Sequence record: SRR20825006_1019
Direction: 5' to 3' (one strand)
Length of the DNA stretch: 64,000 nt
Under the pieces are notes generated by a model. It saw nothing but the letters and a program-made list of their open reading frames with translations. It ran no database searches and had not been told where the DNA came from. Of this stretch, positions 42,012 to 52,040 are shown one piece after another; within the stretch, counting starts at the first letter, position 1, and each line of letters starts with the position of its first letter. A program made the translations under genes and the position numbers.

Positions 42012-42694
42012 GCGACTCAGCCCAAGGTTATGACCGATTGGCTCGGTGGTATTGGTTGCTGGAAAAGCCGGTCTTTCGCAACGACCTGCAACTCGCTCGC
42101 ACGGCTCTGCTGCCTGAGTTGCCTCCGGTCAATCAAATGTTGATCCTGGGCGATGGTGATGGGCGTTTGTTGGCGGAAGTCTTGCGGGTGCAGCCGCAGA
42201 CGCACGTGACCAGCATCGAGCAAAGCCGGGAAATGATTCGGCTACAGCAAGAGCGGGTGAGCCAGATGGATGCCTCTGCTCAGGTCACCTTCGTTTGCGC
42301 AGATGCAACGCATTGGGATGCCGGCGGAGAAACGTTTGATTGTGTCGTTGCGGCGTTCTTCTTGGACTGTTTCACCGAAGCGGAATTGCGACTTCATTTG
42401 CCGCGATGGTTGGAATGGGTCGCACCGCGAGGTTGGTTCTATCACGTTGATTTTGTGATGCCTGCATCAGGATGGCGGCGAAAGAGAGCAGCGTTTTGGA
42501 GCCGGGTGATGCATGTTTTCTTCGCTTGGCAAACCGGTCTTTCATCAAAATCTTTGGTTGCGGTGGAGCCGTTCTTGGACTCCGCTCAGTGGAAAGTTCA
42601 TCAAACCAAGTTGCTCAATCATGGTTTCCTCCAATCGCGGCTGTATCGACGTTTGGCGGTCGACGACATGGAGGAAGACACTGCGATCGTGTAG
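42008..42694 (+). CDS. Class I SAM-dependent methyltransferase
   Basis: YDRLA, LILGDGDG, FFLDCF; TTG 42008 overlaps the upstream TGA. Confidence 0.85.
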   Translation: MSDSAQGYDRLARWYWLLEKPVFRNDLQLARTALLPELPPVNQMLILGDGDGRLLAEVLRVQPQTHVTSIEQSREMIRLQQERVSQMDASAQVTFVCADATHWDAGGETFDCVVAAFFLDCFTEAELRLHLPRWLEWVAPRGWFYHVDFVMPASGWRRKRAAFWSRVMHVFFAWQTGLSSKSLVAVEPFLDSAQWKVHQTKLLNHGFLQSRLYRRLAVDDMEEDTAIV

Positions 42695-42832
42695 TCGTCA
42701 GAAGTGGGCGTTGAGGATTGCCACTTGCGAGTTTGCGACTCAGCCCCGACGATACGCGACCGCCGGTTGGCGGGATGTGAGTCCTTTTTGCTTTCGAAAC
42801 GCTTTGTTTTTGCCGAGAACCGGCACGTGTTC

Positions 42833-43624
42833 ATGAATGATTCCACCCTTGATCCTCCTGGTTCCATCGTTGTGATTGGCACCACGGAGTTGGGAATTGA
42901 AGCGGCTTTGTATGGTCGATTCCTCGGGTACGATGTGACTCTGGTTGCTGGTGCGGATGCGTGGGCGGATCGCCCCGACGCTGATGAAATGGTTCGCCGA
43001 ATCGGCCCGACTTTCCGTGGCGATTGGTTTGACCAACATTGGTTGGACGGTCGTGAGTTGGCGGAATGTTGGGATCTCGCGTCGCCCATGTTGCCCGATC
43101 GCAGTTTGTCTTCTTTAGCGTTCAAGGCGATCGCGGCGCAGCGTGGCGATGAGATTCCTGCGGCTTTGCCGGTGACGATTGGCGAATGGATTCAAGACGG
43201 CTTGCTCGCGGTGACTCGGTCGGACTTGTTGCGCGGTCGGGTGTGGCCGAACGTCATGGTGACTTCCGTCGAAACAGTGGACGTTGTCGACGAGCCCGAT
43301 GAAGAGGCGGAAACCGATGACGAGCAGGATGGTTCGATCCCGCCTGACTACTTGTTGCAGTATCAGAATGATGGTGAAGCGGATGACAACGTACCTGAAT
43401 CGCAACAGTGCGAATGTGTGATTGTGGCTGGGTTGCCGGAGAGTGCTCGCGGCTTCAGCAAACCCGCCGCGGATGAGTATTGGTTTGAGCTGACAGAGCC
43501 GGAAACCAACGATGCGGAAGAGATGTTGCGGGAAGGCCAACGCCAAATTGCCGCCATCTATTCGCAGTTGATGGGCCGTGAAGAGTTGGATCTGTATCGC
43601 CCGCTTCGCGGCTGGTTGCTTTGA
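42833..43624 (+). CDS. Hypothetical protein with a degenerate Rossmann-like N-terminus
   Basis: IVVIGTTELGIEAALYGRFLGYDV; very acidic remainder. Confidence 0.7.
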   Translation: MNDSTLDPPGSIVVIGTTELGIEAALYGRFLGYDVTLVAGADAWADRPDADEMVRRIGPTFRGDWFDQHWLDGRELAECWDLASPMLPDRSLSSLAFKAIAAQRGDEIPAALPVTIGEWIQDGLLAVTRSDLLRGRVWPNVMVTSVETVDVVDEPDEEAETDDEQDGSIPPDYLLQYQNDGEADDNVPESQQCECVIVAGLPESARGFSKPAADEYWFELTEPETNDAEEMLREGQRQIAAIYSQLMGREELDLYRPLRGWLL

Positions 43625-43673
43625 TCGACGCGAGTTGTTGGTGCGGCTGTTTGTTTGCAGAGCCGTTTCGACG

Positions 43674-45506
43674 TTAGCTTGGGCTGTCCTGCTCGGGTTT
43701 TGATTCGGCGGGGGCTTTCAGGTCGATCACCGGGCTGCCCCACTGGACTTCCATCGGTTCGCTGCATGAATTGCAGTTGGTCGTTGTGCCCATCAGGGTG
43801 TCTTCGATCACCTGGGGCGTGTCGCAGTGTGGGCAGGTGACTCGGATCATCCCGCTTGGTTCGGTCATCGCGTCGAGTTGTGCGTCCGTCAGATCTGGGA
43901 TCTCGATGTCAGATGGCTCGAGCGTTGTCAGCAATTCTCGCGTGATTTCCGTCGAACCCGCGATGCGGTTTGCCAGTCTCCGGACGCTGCGTTCAAACGA
44001 GTTGCGAGATGTTCGGCCGTTGCCGAAGTGTCGATCGCGATTGAAGTAAAGATGCGTGAAGCCTCGTAGCAGTCGTCGTCGGCTTTCGGTTGGAATGACG
44101 TACTGAGCCTTCGCGGCGATCAGTTCGAAAATCCGGCAAAGGGCCTCGGGATCGTAATCGTCGAAGTGCATCGTGGTGCCGACCCGAGAGCTCAGTCCTG
44201 GGTTGCTGCGGATCATTTTGGTCATTTCTTTGGGATAGCCCGCCAAGATCACGACCAATCGATCGCGTTGATCTTCCATGCGTTTCAGCAGCGTTTGGAT
44301 CGCTTCGCGACCGTATTGGTCTTGGCCGCTTTCGTCGATCAGCGTGTAGGCTTCGTCGATGAAGAGAACACCATCGAGGGCTTCATCGATTTTGGCATTT
44401 GTTTTGGGACCAGTTTGGCCGGCGTACTCAGCAACCAGACCGCTGCGATCGGTTTCGACCAAGTGGCCTTTTTCGAGCACGCCCAGTCCGCCGTAGATTT
44501 CAGCGATGATTCGCGCAACGGTGGTTTTGCCTGTTCCCGGATTTCCGACGAAAGCCATGTGAAGGCTGGGTTTGGTCGTCGGCAGACCTTCTTTGGCGCG
44601 GTGGCGTTCCATCGCCAGGAAGTTCGCAAGCGTTTGAATTTGATTTTTGATCGCATCCAATCCGATCAAACGATCCAGTTTGGCTCGCGCTTCGGCCAAG
44701 CGTTCTTCTGGGGTGCGATCGTCTTGCTCAGCGGTTTCTTTGGTAGGCGGTTTGGCTGGCTCGGTGGGTGCGGGGGATCCACCGCCGGCGCGGGTGGGCG
44801 TGGGTTTGTTTGCGGCGTCGTGGCCGGTTCCTTCCCGCAGTCGTTTGGCTTCTGAACGCAACCACGAAATCGCTTCACGTGCGTTGTCCAGGTCGGCTTG
44901 ATGATCCACCGTCGGTGAATCAGATGGCGAGGTCGGCGCGGTGACGCTGGTAGGTGACTTGGCGACCTGTTTCGCGTTTTCGAGCCCGTCGAGCATCGAT
45001 TGCAAACGCGAGCGTTCGACGCTGCTGTCGTCGCCGTCGACCATCGCGATCAAGTGCGCCATGCGGGTGGCGGCGGTGATGACTTCGCCCCATCGATCGC
45101 GAAGCGAAGGCAGTTCCAGGAACGGCCGTGTGACTTCGTACCAGGAGAAACCTTCGGCGGTGGTGATCAGCCAATCGATCGCTTCATGCAGTTTGCTGCC
45201 TTGGACGGTTTCGCCCCAAACGTGTTCCAGCAGGATGCGCCCGAGCTGTCGTTGTTCCAAATTTCGAGCGCTGCTGGCGGGCACCATCGTTGCGAAAACC
45301 TTCATCACGAATCCTTCGTGCAGGTCGGCCATCTGTTGTGGCATGTTGCGGTTGTCGACGGACGCGGAGGCATCGTCGCCGGCCAGCCAACCGTAGCTGC
45401 CTTCGGCGATTTCACCCGATTCGACGAACAGATTCAGCGTTTGCTGAAGGGCTTCGCGATACAGCCGAATGGATTGCAGGATCGCGTCGTCGCTGGGGGA
45501 ACTCAT
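43674..45506 (-). CDS. CbbX/SpoVK-family AAA+ ATPase with an N-terminal helical (TerB-like) domain and a C-terminal Zn ribbon
   Basis: LIGLDAIK, GNPGTGKT, LFIDEAY, ILAGY, NPGLSSR, FGNGR; CPHC..CNSC. Confidence 0.9.
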   Translation of the reverse strand: MSSPSDDAILQSIRLYREALQQTLNLFVESGEIAEGSYGWLAGDDASASVDNRNMPQQMADLHEGFVMKVFATMVPASSARNLEQRQLGRILLEHVWGETVQGSKLHEAIDWLITTAEGFSWYEVTRPFLELPSLRDRWGEVITAATRMAHLIAMVDGDDSSVERSRLQSMLDGLENAKQVAKSPTSVTAPTSPSDSPTVDHQADLDNAREAISWLRSEAKRLREGTGHDAANKPTPTRAGGGSPAPTEPAKPPTKETAEQDDRTPEERLAEARAKLDRLIGLDAIKNQIQTLANFLAMERHRAKEGLPTTKPSLHMAFVGNPGTGKTTVARIIAEIYGGLGVLEKGHLVETDRSGLVAEYAGQTGPKTNAKIDEALDGVLFIDEAYTLIDESGQDQYGREAIQTLLKRMEDQRDRLVVILAGYPKEMTKMIRSNPGLSSRVGTTMHFDDYDPEALCRIFELIAAKAQYVIPTESRRRLLRGFTHLYFNRDRHFGNGRTSRNSFERSVRRLANRIAGSTEITRELLTTLEPSDIEIPDLTDAQLDAMTEPSGMIRVTCPHCDTPQVIEDTLMGTTTNCNSCSEPMEVQWGSPVIDLKAPAESKPEQDSPS

Positions 45507-45668
45507 GGCTGGAATCCGAAGGGGACAAGGGCATCAAAAAGACCGTCGTAAGTATTTGGAAAACAATGGCTTGCGTCAATGTTCAGAAAGCCTCGCGGCG
45601 TTGTGAAAAACGCGTGAACGAGGTAAAATGGGCATTCCAATTTTGGGCCTTCGGATCATCGATCCGTC

Positions 45669-48644
45669 TTGGCCCGCTTCCCCCGTGATAAACGAGCAAA
45701 TCCCTTGGCTGAAGACGGCGAAAATCAGGAACCAGGCGACGAAAACGCGGGCGAAGTGAACGGATCCACCGGGGATAACAACGGCCAAGAAAACGGGACC
45801 GAAAACACCGAAACCGGTGCTGGTGGCGGGGCGCAGGTTCCTCCCGGTGGCGGCAAACCTCCCGGCGGTGCGGAACCACCATCGGGTGGCGGTCCCACGG
45901 GCGGTTCGGGCAATCCCGATCCCCACGGAGGCCACGGCGCTCTTCGGATGGTGGATCTACCAATCGAAGACGAGCTTCGTGAGAGCTATCTGACCTACGC
46001 GATGAGCGTGATTGTCAGCCGTGCATTGCCCGATGTGCGTGACGGATTGAAACCGTCGCAGCGTCGGATCTTGGTGGCGATGAATGACCTGAACCTCGGC
46101 CCAGGCAGCAAGCGGGTCAAATGCGCCAAGATTTCCGGTGACACCTCGGGTAACTATCACCCTCACGGTGAAAGTGTGATTTATCCGACGCTCGTTCGGA
46201 TGGCCCAAGAGTGGAACATGCGATGCTTGTTGATCGACAAGCAGGGAAACTTCGGTAGCGTCGCGGGTTTGCCTCCGGCTGCTATGCGATACACGGAAGC
46301 TCGAATGGGGGCCGTCGCAGCAGCAATGCTAGACGACCTCAAACTCGACACGGTCGATTACATCCCGACGTACGATGAAGCGAGAACCGAACCAACGGTC
46401 TTGCCCAGCAAGTTCCCCAACCTGCTCATCAACGGTTCGGGCGGTATCGCGGTCGGGATGGCGACCAGCATCCCGCCTCACAACCCAACCGAAGTTTGCG
46501 ATGCACTGATTAAGCTGATTGAAGAACCAGACACGTCGATTGACGAGTTGTGCGAGATCATCCCCGGTCCTGACTTCCCAACCGGAGGTATCATCTGCGG
46601 CCGCGCCGGTGTGCGTCGAGGTTACAAGACCGGACGAAGCACGATGGTCGTGCGTGCTCGTTGCCAAATCGAAGAGATGAAGGGCAACCGGCATCGCATC
46701 GTTGTCACCGAAATTCCGTACCAGCAATATCGTGACCGGATCATCGAAAAGATCGCGGCGCTCGTGAATGGAGACCGAATCAAGGGGATCTCCGGAATTC
46801 GCGATGAAAGCGATTTGAAGGAACCCGTTCGGTTGGTGGTGGAACTGAAGCGTGGCGAAGATCCCGATGTGATCTTGAACCAGCTGTATCAGTTCTCGCC
46901 GCTGCAAGACACGTTCTCGCTGATCTTCCTGGCACTCGTCGACGGCAAGCCTCGCGAGTTGACGCTGAAGGAGATGTTGGCCGAATTCCTGCGTCACCGC
47001 GTGACCGTGATTCGTCGCCGAACTCAGTTCTTGTTGGCCCGAGCACGTCGTCGCAAGCACACCGTCGAAGGGTTGCTGCTTGCACTCGCCAACATCGATG
47101 AGATCATTCAAACGATTCGCACCAGCCGCACTCAACCCGAAGCCAAAGAACGCTTGATGGGCATCGCTTGCCCAGCATCGATGATGCAGCGGGCTCTTGG
47201 CGACGAAGGTTTCAAGCAGTTCCAATTGGAACGCGGCGAAGCCGATTCTTACACGCTGACCAGCGTCCAAACCGACGAAATTCTTCGCATGCGTTTGGGC
47301 CAATTGGTCAACCTGGAACAGGAAAAACTCTCGGGCGAGCATGCTGAATTGCTGAAGGAAATCATCGATTACATCGATATCCTCGGCAGCCCAAGCCGCA
47401 TCAACGGCATCATCAAAGAAGATCTCGAAGAGATGAAGCGTCGCTTCGGTGACAAGCGTCGAACCGAGATCAGCCACGAAGAACTTGGCAACATCGACCT
47501 GGAAGATCTGATCACGGAAGAGACGATGGTGGTTTCCATCAGTCACCGTGGTTACATCAAACGCACACCGACCAGTGTTTACAACACGCAGCGTCGGGGT
47601 GGAAAAGGCATGAAGGGTGCCAAGAGCGACAACGAAGATCCAATCGAACATTTGTTCGTCGCCAGCACGCACGCTTACCTGTTGTTCTTCACAACGGCAG
47701 GGAAAGTTCGTTGGCAAAAGGTTTATGACATCCCGCAACTCGCTCGCGATGCCAAAGGCCGTGCGATCGTGAACCTGTTGCAGATGGAAGAAGGCGAACA
47801 GATTGCCGAGTGCTTGGCCGTTCGCGATTTCAATCAGCCCGGTCATACGATTGTGATGACAACGAAAAGCGGCTTGGTGAAGAAGACTCCGTTGGAACAG
47901 TACAGCCGACCGAAACGAGGTGGCATCATCGCCATCAAACTTCGCGAAGGCGATGAGTTAGTCGATGCCGCCGTGGTTGGTCCTGGTGATGAAATCATCA
48001 TGGTCACGTCCGATGGCATGGCGATTCGTTTCCGCGAATCAGATTCTCGCCCGATGGGCCGCAACACGTCCGGCGTGAAGGGAATCTCGTTGGTTGGCGA
48101 CGACGCCGTGGTGGGAATGGTTGTGACCGATCCCGAAGCGACTTTGCTGACCGTTTGTAAAAATGGTTACGGCAAACGCACGCCGTTCGGACCCAATTTG
48201 GCGGATGTTTCCGAAACCGACGCGGACGAGTCCAGCGAAGGTGGAGACGACGAAGCGGCAACTGCCAGCGGTTCGGCTCGCTACCGCACGCAGAAACGCG
48301 GTGGTAAAGGGTTGCGAGACATCAAGACCAGCAAGCGGAACGGCAAGGTGATCGGAATCGCTCGCGTCAACGATGATGACGAGTTGTTCTTGATGACCGC
48401 AAAAGGCAAACTGCAACGAATCAGTGCCGGCGACATCAACGTGATTGGTCGTAACACGCAAGGTGTTCGCATCATGAACGTGGACGAAGGCGATGAGCTG
48501 ATTGCCGTTGTCCGCGTGCCAGCCGAAGAGAACGCAGAAGAAGCGGCGGAAGCCGAAGCCACCGCAGTCGCGGAGCCAGTTGCCGAAACGGATGCCAGCC
48601 CTGAAGCAGACGCGGGATCCGAAACTGACGCTGCTCCAGAATGA
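45669..48644 (+). CDS. gyrA: DNA gyrase subunit A
   Basis: [25 protein letters not shown] (catalytic Tyr), GyrA box QRRGGKG, beta-pinwheel repeats, acidic tail; start uncertain. Confidence 0.97.
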   Translation: MARFPRDKRANPLAEDGENQEPGDENAGEVNGSTGDNNGQENGTENTETGAGGGAQVPPGGGKPPGGAEPPSGGGPTGGSGNPDPHGGHGALRMVDLPIEDELRESYLTYAMSVIVSRALPDVRDGLKPSQRRILVAMNDLNLGPGSKRVKCAKISGDTSGNYHPHGESVIYPTLVRMAQEWNMRCLLIDKQGNFGSVAGLPPAAMRYTEARMGAVAAAMLDDLKLDTVDYIPTYDEARTEPTVLPSKFPNLLINGSGGIAVGMATSIPPHNPTEVCDALIKLIEEPDTSIDELCEIIPGPDFPTGGIICGRAGVRRGYKTGRSTMVVRARCQIEEMKGNRHRIVVTEIPYQQYRDRIIEKIAALVNGDRIKGISGIRDESDLKEPVRLVVELKRGEDPDVILNQLYQFSPLQDTFSLIFLALVDGKPRELTLKEMLAEFLRHRVTVIRRRTQFLLARARRRKHTVEGLLLALANIDEIIQTIRTSRTQPEAKERLMGIACPASMMQRALGDEGFKQFQLERGEADSYTLTSVQTDEILRMRLGQLVNLEQEKLSGEHAELLKEIIDYIDILGSPSRINGIIKEDLEEMKRRFGDKRRTEISHEELGNIDLEDLITEETMVVSISHRGYIKRTPTSVYNTQRRGGKGMKGAKSDNEDPIEHLFVASTHAYLLFFTTAGKVRWQKVYDIPQLARDAKGRAIVNLLQMEEGEQIAECLAVRDFNQPGHTIVMTTKSGLVKKTPLEQYSRPKRGGIIAIKLREGDELVDAAVVGPGDEIIMVTSDGMAIRFRESDSRPMGRNTSGVKGISLVGDDAVVGMVVTDPEATLLTVCKNGYGKRTPFGPNLADVSETDADESSEGGDDEAATASGSARYRTQKRGGKGLRDIKTSKRNGKVIGIARVNDDDELFLMTAKGKLQRISAGDINVIGRNTQGVRIMNVDEGDELIAVVRVPAEENAEEAAEAEATAVAEPVAETDASPEADAGSETDAAPE

Positions 48645-48658
48645 GGTAATTCAGGTCC

Positions 48659-48687
48659 CATCTGACAGGCTTCAGCTTTGTCAGATG
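48659..48687. terminator. Hairpin between the convergent gyrA and acylphosphatase genes
   Basis: CATCTGACA...TGTCAGATG 9-bp stem. Confidence 0.45.
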
Positions 48688-48758
48688 TTGCTGTCATCGA
48701 CGGGCTTGGATATCCGTCGCGTGGTTGTCCGGCACCCAAGGTGTGTGAAGCGGATGAA

Positions 48759-49043
48759 CTAATACCGGATCGAGAATTTTTCTCGGTCCGGCAGTGGCTC
48801 TCGTTCGTCGATCAATGTCTCGTTGATCTTTCTTTCCATCGAGCTGCCGATCCGTCGTAGCAGTTCCTTGAGGTCGTTTGTCGGCCCTTGCACGTCTAGA
48901 AGGACGTCTCCATCGGGCTCGTTGCGTACGAAGCCTTTGATGTTGAGGCCACGACCCTGGTGAATTGCGTTGGCTCGGAATCCCACTCCTTGCACGTCGC
49001 CTCGATAACGAACGATCTTCCTGGTTTGTTTGGTTGCATTCAT
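48759..49043 (-). CDS. acyP: Acylphosphatase
   Basis: GDVQGVGFR, GFVRNEPDG, FSIRY. Confidence 0.9.
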   Translation of the reverse strand: MNATKQTRKIVRYRGDVQGVGFRANAIHQGRGLNIKGFVRNEPDGDVLLDVQGPTNDLKELLRRIGSSMERKINETLIDEREPLPDREKFSIRY

Positions 49044-49104
49044 TGGACTATCGTGTCGGCCACTTTCAATTTCGACAATGCAGATCACACCACACGGTCG
49101 GTAT

Positions 49105-50097
49105 ATGAGTTGTTTTCGTTTGAGTTCGGTTGGCGTTGCTTGGGTTTGTTTGGCATCCATGTTTGCGTCGACCGCAAATGCGGGTGAACCCAAGGTGTTG
49201 ACGATTGGCATTGATGGCTTGAGGCGTGACGCGTTCGTCGCGGCCAACACGCCTCATCTGGATTCGCTCGCCGCAGACGGCACGTTGTGCCTGGAAACAC
49301 GGGTGACGTCCGATGATGTTACTGACAGTGACACCGTCAGTGGACCGGGCTGGACGACCTTTCTGACGGGGGTGTGGGCCGATCGACACGGCGTGCTCGA
49401 CAACTCGTTCAAAGGCCGCGATGCAAAGGCCGCGCCCCACGGTTTCGCGTTGGCCAAGCAAGTCAAACCGAATCTGAGGACTGCGTCGTTCCTGTGTTGG
49501 ACACCGCTGAGAACTCACGTGACAACGGACGCCGACATCGATGTTGTTGTCACGCCTGGCAAGAACGCGACGGCCTCAACGGTTTGGAAAGCAGCCGACC
49601 AATCATTGGCTTGGTCGGCGATCCCTGTCTTGCGAAACGATGACGTGGATTGGACGTTCATCTACTTTGGATCGACCGATGAAACTGGTCACTCCTACGG
49701 TTTTCATCCTAGCGTGCCGCCTTACGTCGCAGCCATCGAGAACGTTGATCGAATGGTGGGCGAGTTGATCGCGGCGGTCAAAGAGCGAGAGACTTACGCC
49801 GACGAGGATTGGCTGGTTCTGGTCAGCACCGATCATGGCGGTGAGGGGACTGGGCATGGTGGCGGGCGAGAAAACCCGAATGTTTACACTGCGCCGATGA
49901 TTGTCAGCGGGGCTGCGGCGATGAAGGGTGAGGCAATCCAGAGAGCGGAAGGTTCGGCACCGCCCGCGACGGTGGATTTGGTCACCGTCGCGTTGACTCA
50001 TTTGCAGGTTCCGATCAACCCGGAATGGCAGCTCGCTGGAAGCGTGGACGGTTGGTTGAAACCAGCGTCCACGACTGCCGAAGCGATTTCCGAGTAG
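49105..50097 (+). CDS. Secreted alkaline phosphatase superfamily protein (nucleotide pyrophosphatase/phosphodiesterase type)
   Basis: Signal peptide; IGIDGLR, TVSGPGW, DETGH, STDHGG. Confidence 0.88.
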   Translation: MSCFRLSSVGVAWVCLASMFASTANAGEPKVLTIGIDGLRRDAFVAANTPHLDSLAADGTLCLETRVTSDDVTDSDTVSGPGWTTFLTGVWADRHGVLDNSFKGRDAKAAPHGFALAKQVKPNLRTASFLCWTPLRTHVTTDADIDVVVTPGKNATASTVWKAADQSLAWSAIPVLRNDDVDWTFIYFGSTDETGHSYGFHPSVPPYVAAIENVDRMVGELIAAVKERETYADEDWLVLVSTDHGGEGTGHGGGRENPNVYTAPMIVSGAAAMKGEAIQRAEGSAPPATVDLVTVALTHLQVPINPEWQLAGSVDGWLKPASTTAEAISE

Positions 50098-50101
50098 CGA
50101 T

Positions 50102-51964
50102 TCATTCTCGCGGCAATGAAACGGACTCGGCGTAGGCAAGTTCGCCCGTCCAGCCGTCGTAGTACTGGAACACGACCTGCGGATGCGGGTAGGCGACCAG
50201 CCGTTTGTCGCCTTGCTTGATCGGCATATTGAAGACGTTGTTGACCTGCACCACACAGAAGTGTGGGTACAGTCGTTCCAAGCGTGGCAGGTCGGCCAGC
50301 ACGTAACTGCTCCAGCGGATGTCGCATTCCCGTGGCCCAAATTGAAATCGTCCGGTCGCTGGTCGATTGCTTTCGTCAAGTTCAGGCACGTGATTGACGC
50401 TGTTGTGAGGCCCGCAGCAGAATTCCCAAACGTTGTCGGTCACACGAATTGCGAAACTGTTGTGAAGATCGCCGGTCATCACGAAGACTTGTTTGTCCAT
50501 TTCGTCCCAGGCATCGATCAGTATCTCTCGCTCGTCGAGAAAGCCCGTCCAGGCTTCTTCTTTGTTGGCTTCGTCGGCTTCGAATCCACCGGCGCCACTG
50601 TGCGGGATCATCATCGGGACGCTTGAAATCAGGAACGTGAATTTCGCGTCGCTGGCTTTCATCTCACGCAGCAGCCATTCGCGTTGATGTTTGCCGAGCA
50701 TCGAGACGCCCGGTTTGTCTCGCTGCGAAACATCGTGCATGTCGCGGTCGCCGCGAGTGTCGAGCAAAAAGAAATCGCAGTTGGAGACACTGAATTTGCC
50801 ATAGCTGCGTTGGCCGATGGAGTAGCTGACTTGGCCGTCCGCCTTGGCAGGCATGTGAAGTCGAACCGTGTGTTCGTCCACCACTTCCACGATGTCATAG
50901 ACGTATGAGTTGGCTTCCCCGTCGTCGGTGTCGTAAATCATGTCGTTGACGCCAGCGGTATCAGTTCCCCAGTGAACGTGCAGGTTCAGCATCTCATTCA
51001 ATGGCAACTGTCGAAAGTTGGTTTGGCGATCAACCAGCAGATCGCTGCCGGCGTTCAGCTTCGCAGTTCCAACATGCAAACGTTGTTTGGATTCGAATGG
51101 GTTGGCCCAGCCGAGGTAGTCGTTCCAGGCATAGGTTCCAATGTCGCGAAAGACAGTTCGACGGTGGCGTTTGCCCGCTTCGGAGGCTCCCCAGATGTCG
51201 TTGACCAACTCGTGGTCATCGAAGGTGAACAGCGACGGCACGTTGCGATGCCAAGTCGAGAGGGCATGGTTGCGGGTGAGATAGAGTTTGTAGTTTTCCC
51301 ACACACCGGTCACGGTTGGCATGGTTTGGACCACTTGTGGCAGTTCATCGATGCCTTGGGTGAGTCGCCATGCTTCGGCTGGGTATTCTCGCAGTTCTTC
51401 GTACAACCAGTCACCATTCATGATGTGGAAGTGAACTTTGTCCGCCCAATCTTGATTGAGGTGTTTGTACGTGGGGCTGTCGTGTCCGATTCCATGCAGT
51501 GGGTTTTGGTTGGCACAGGAACCAATTTGAAATCGAAAGTTGAACAGTCCATCAGGATTGTGTTCTGACTTGGATCCCGCTTCATCGGGCAACGTGCGGA
51601 ACGTTCCCGGTTCACCCTGAGGACGATCGTTCACATAGATTCTGTAGTGATAACGCGTGTCGGGTTTGAGATCGCGTAGGTGCGTCACACCGGTGTTGTC
51701 GTGTTCGATGCGTGTTTGTCCCGGTTCGCTGACGTGGTCCGACAAATCCCCGCCATGGTTTTCCGGTGGACGGGTTCCATAGTGAACGGTGAACTCGCCG
51801 ACGTCCGATGTACGAGCCCACACGGCGACGCTGGTGGAGGACGGTTGACCCAACATCGGGCCGTGGGTCATTCGATTGGGATCGCGTTGGGCGAATGCGG
51901 TCGATGAAAATGAGGCCAGAGCAACAAGTGCGAAGGCAAATACGGTCGATGGGAATCGTGTCAT
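50102..51964 (-). CDS. PhoD-like metallophosphatase (Sec-type signal)
   Basis: HGPMLG, GSCAN, MNGDWLYE, FDDHE, LDTRG, MTGDLH. Confidence 0.88.
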   Translation of the reverse strand: MTRFPSTVFAFALVALASFSSTAFAQRDPNRMTHGPMLGQPSSTSVAVWARTSDVGEFTVHYGTRPPENHGGDLSDHVSEPGQTRIEHDNTGVTHLRDLKPDTRYHYRIYVNDRPQGEPGTFRTLPDEAGSKSEHNPDGLFNFRFQIGSCANQNPLHGIGHDSPTYKHLNQDWADKVHFHIMNGDWLYEELREYPAEAWRLTQGIDELPQVVQTMPTVTGVWENYKLYLTRNHALSTWHRNVPSLFTFDDHELVNDIWGASEAGKRHRRTVFRDIGTYAWNDYLGWANPFESKQRLHVGTAKLNAGSDLLVDRQTNFRQLPLNEMLNLHVHWGTDTAGVNDMIYDTDDGEANSYVYDIVEVVDEHTVRLHMPAKADGQVSYSIGQRSYGKFSVSNCDFFLLDTRGDRDMHDVSQRDKPGVSMLGKHQREWLLREMKASDAKFTFLISSVPMMIPHSGAGGFEADEANKEEAWTGFLDEREILIDAWDEMDKQVFVMTGDLHNSFAIRVTDNVWEFCCGPHNSVNHVPELDESNRPATGRFQFGPRECDIRWSSYVLADLPRLERLYPHFCVVQVNNVFNMPIKQGDKRLVAYPHPQVVFQYYDGWTGELAYAESVSLPRE

Positions 51965-52040
51965 GGGGCAATGCGTGATGATGGTCGGAAGGATAGTGGG
52001 GGTTCCCCAGTGTACCTGCCGTGCACGCCGCTAGTGGCTT

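Noticed and set aside
46329-47846. 505-aa minus-strand ORF
   Set aside because: Antisense shadow of gyrA
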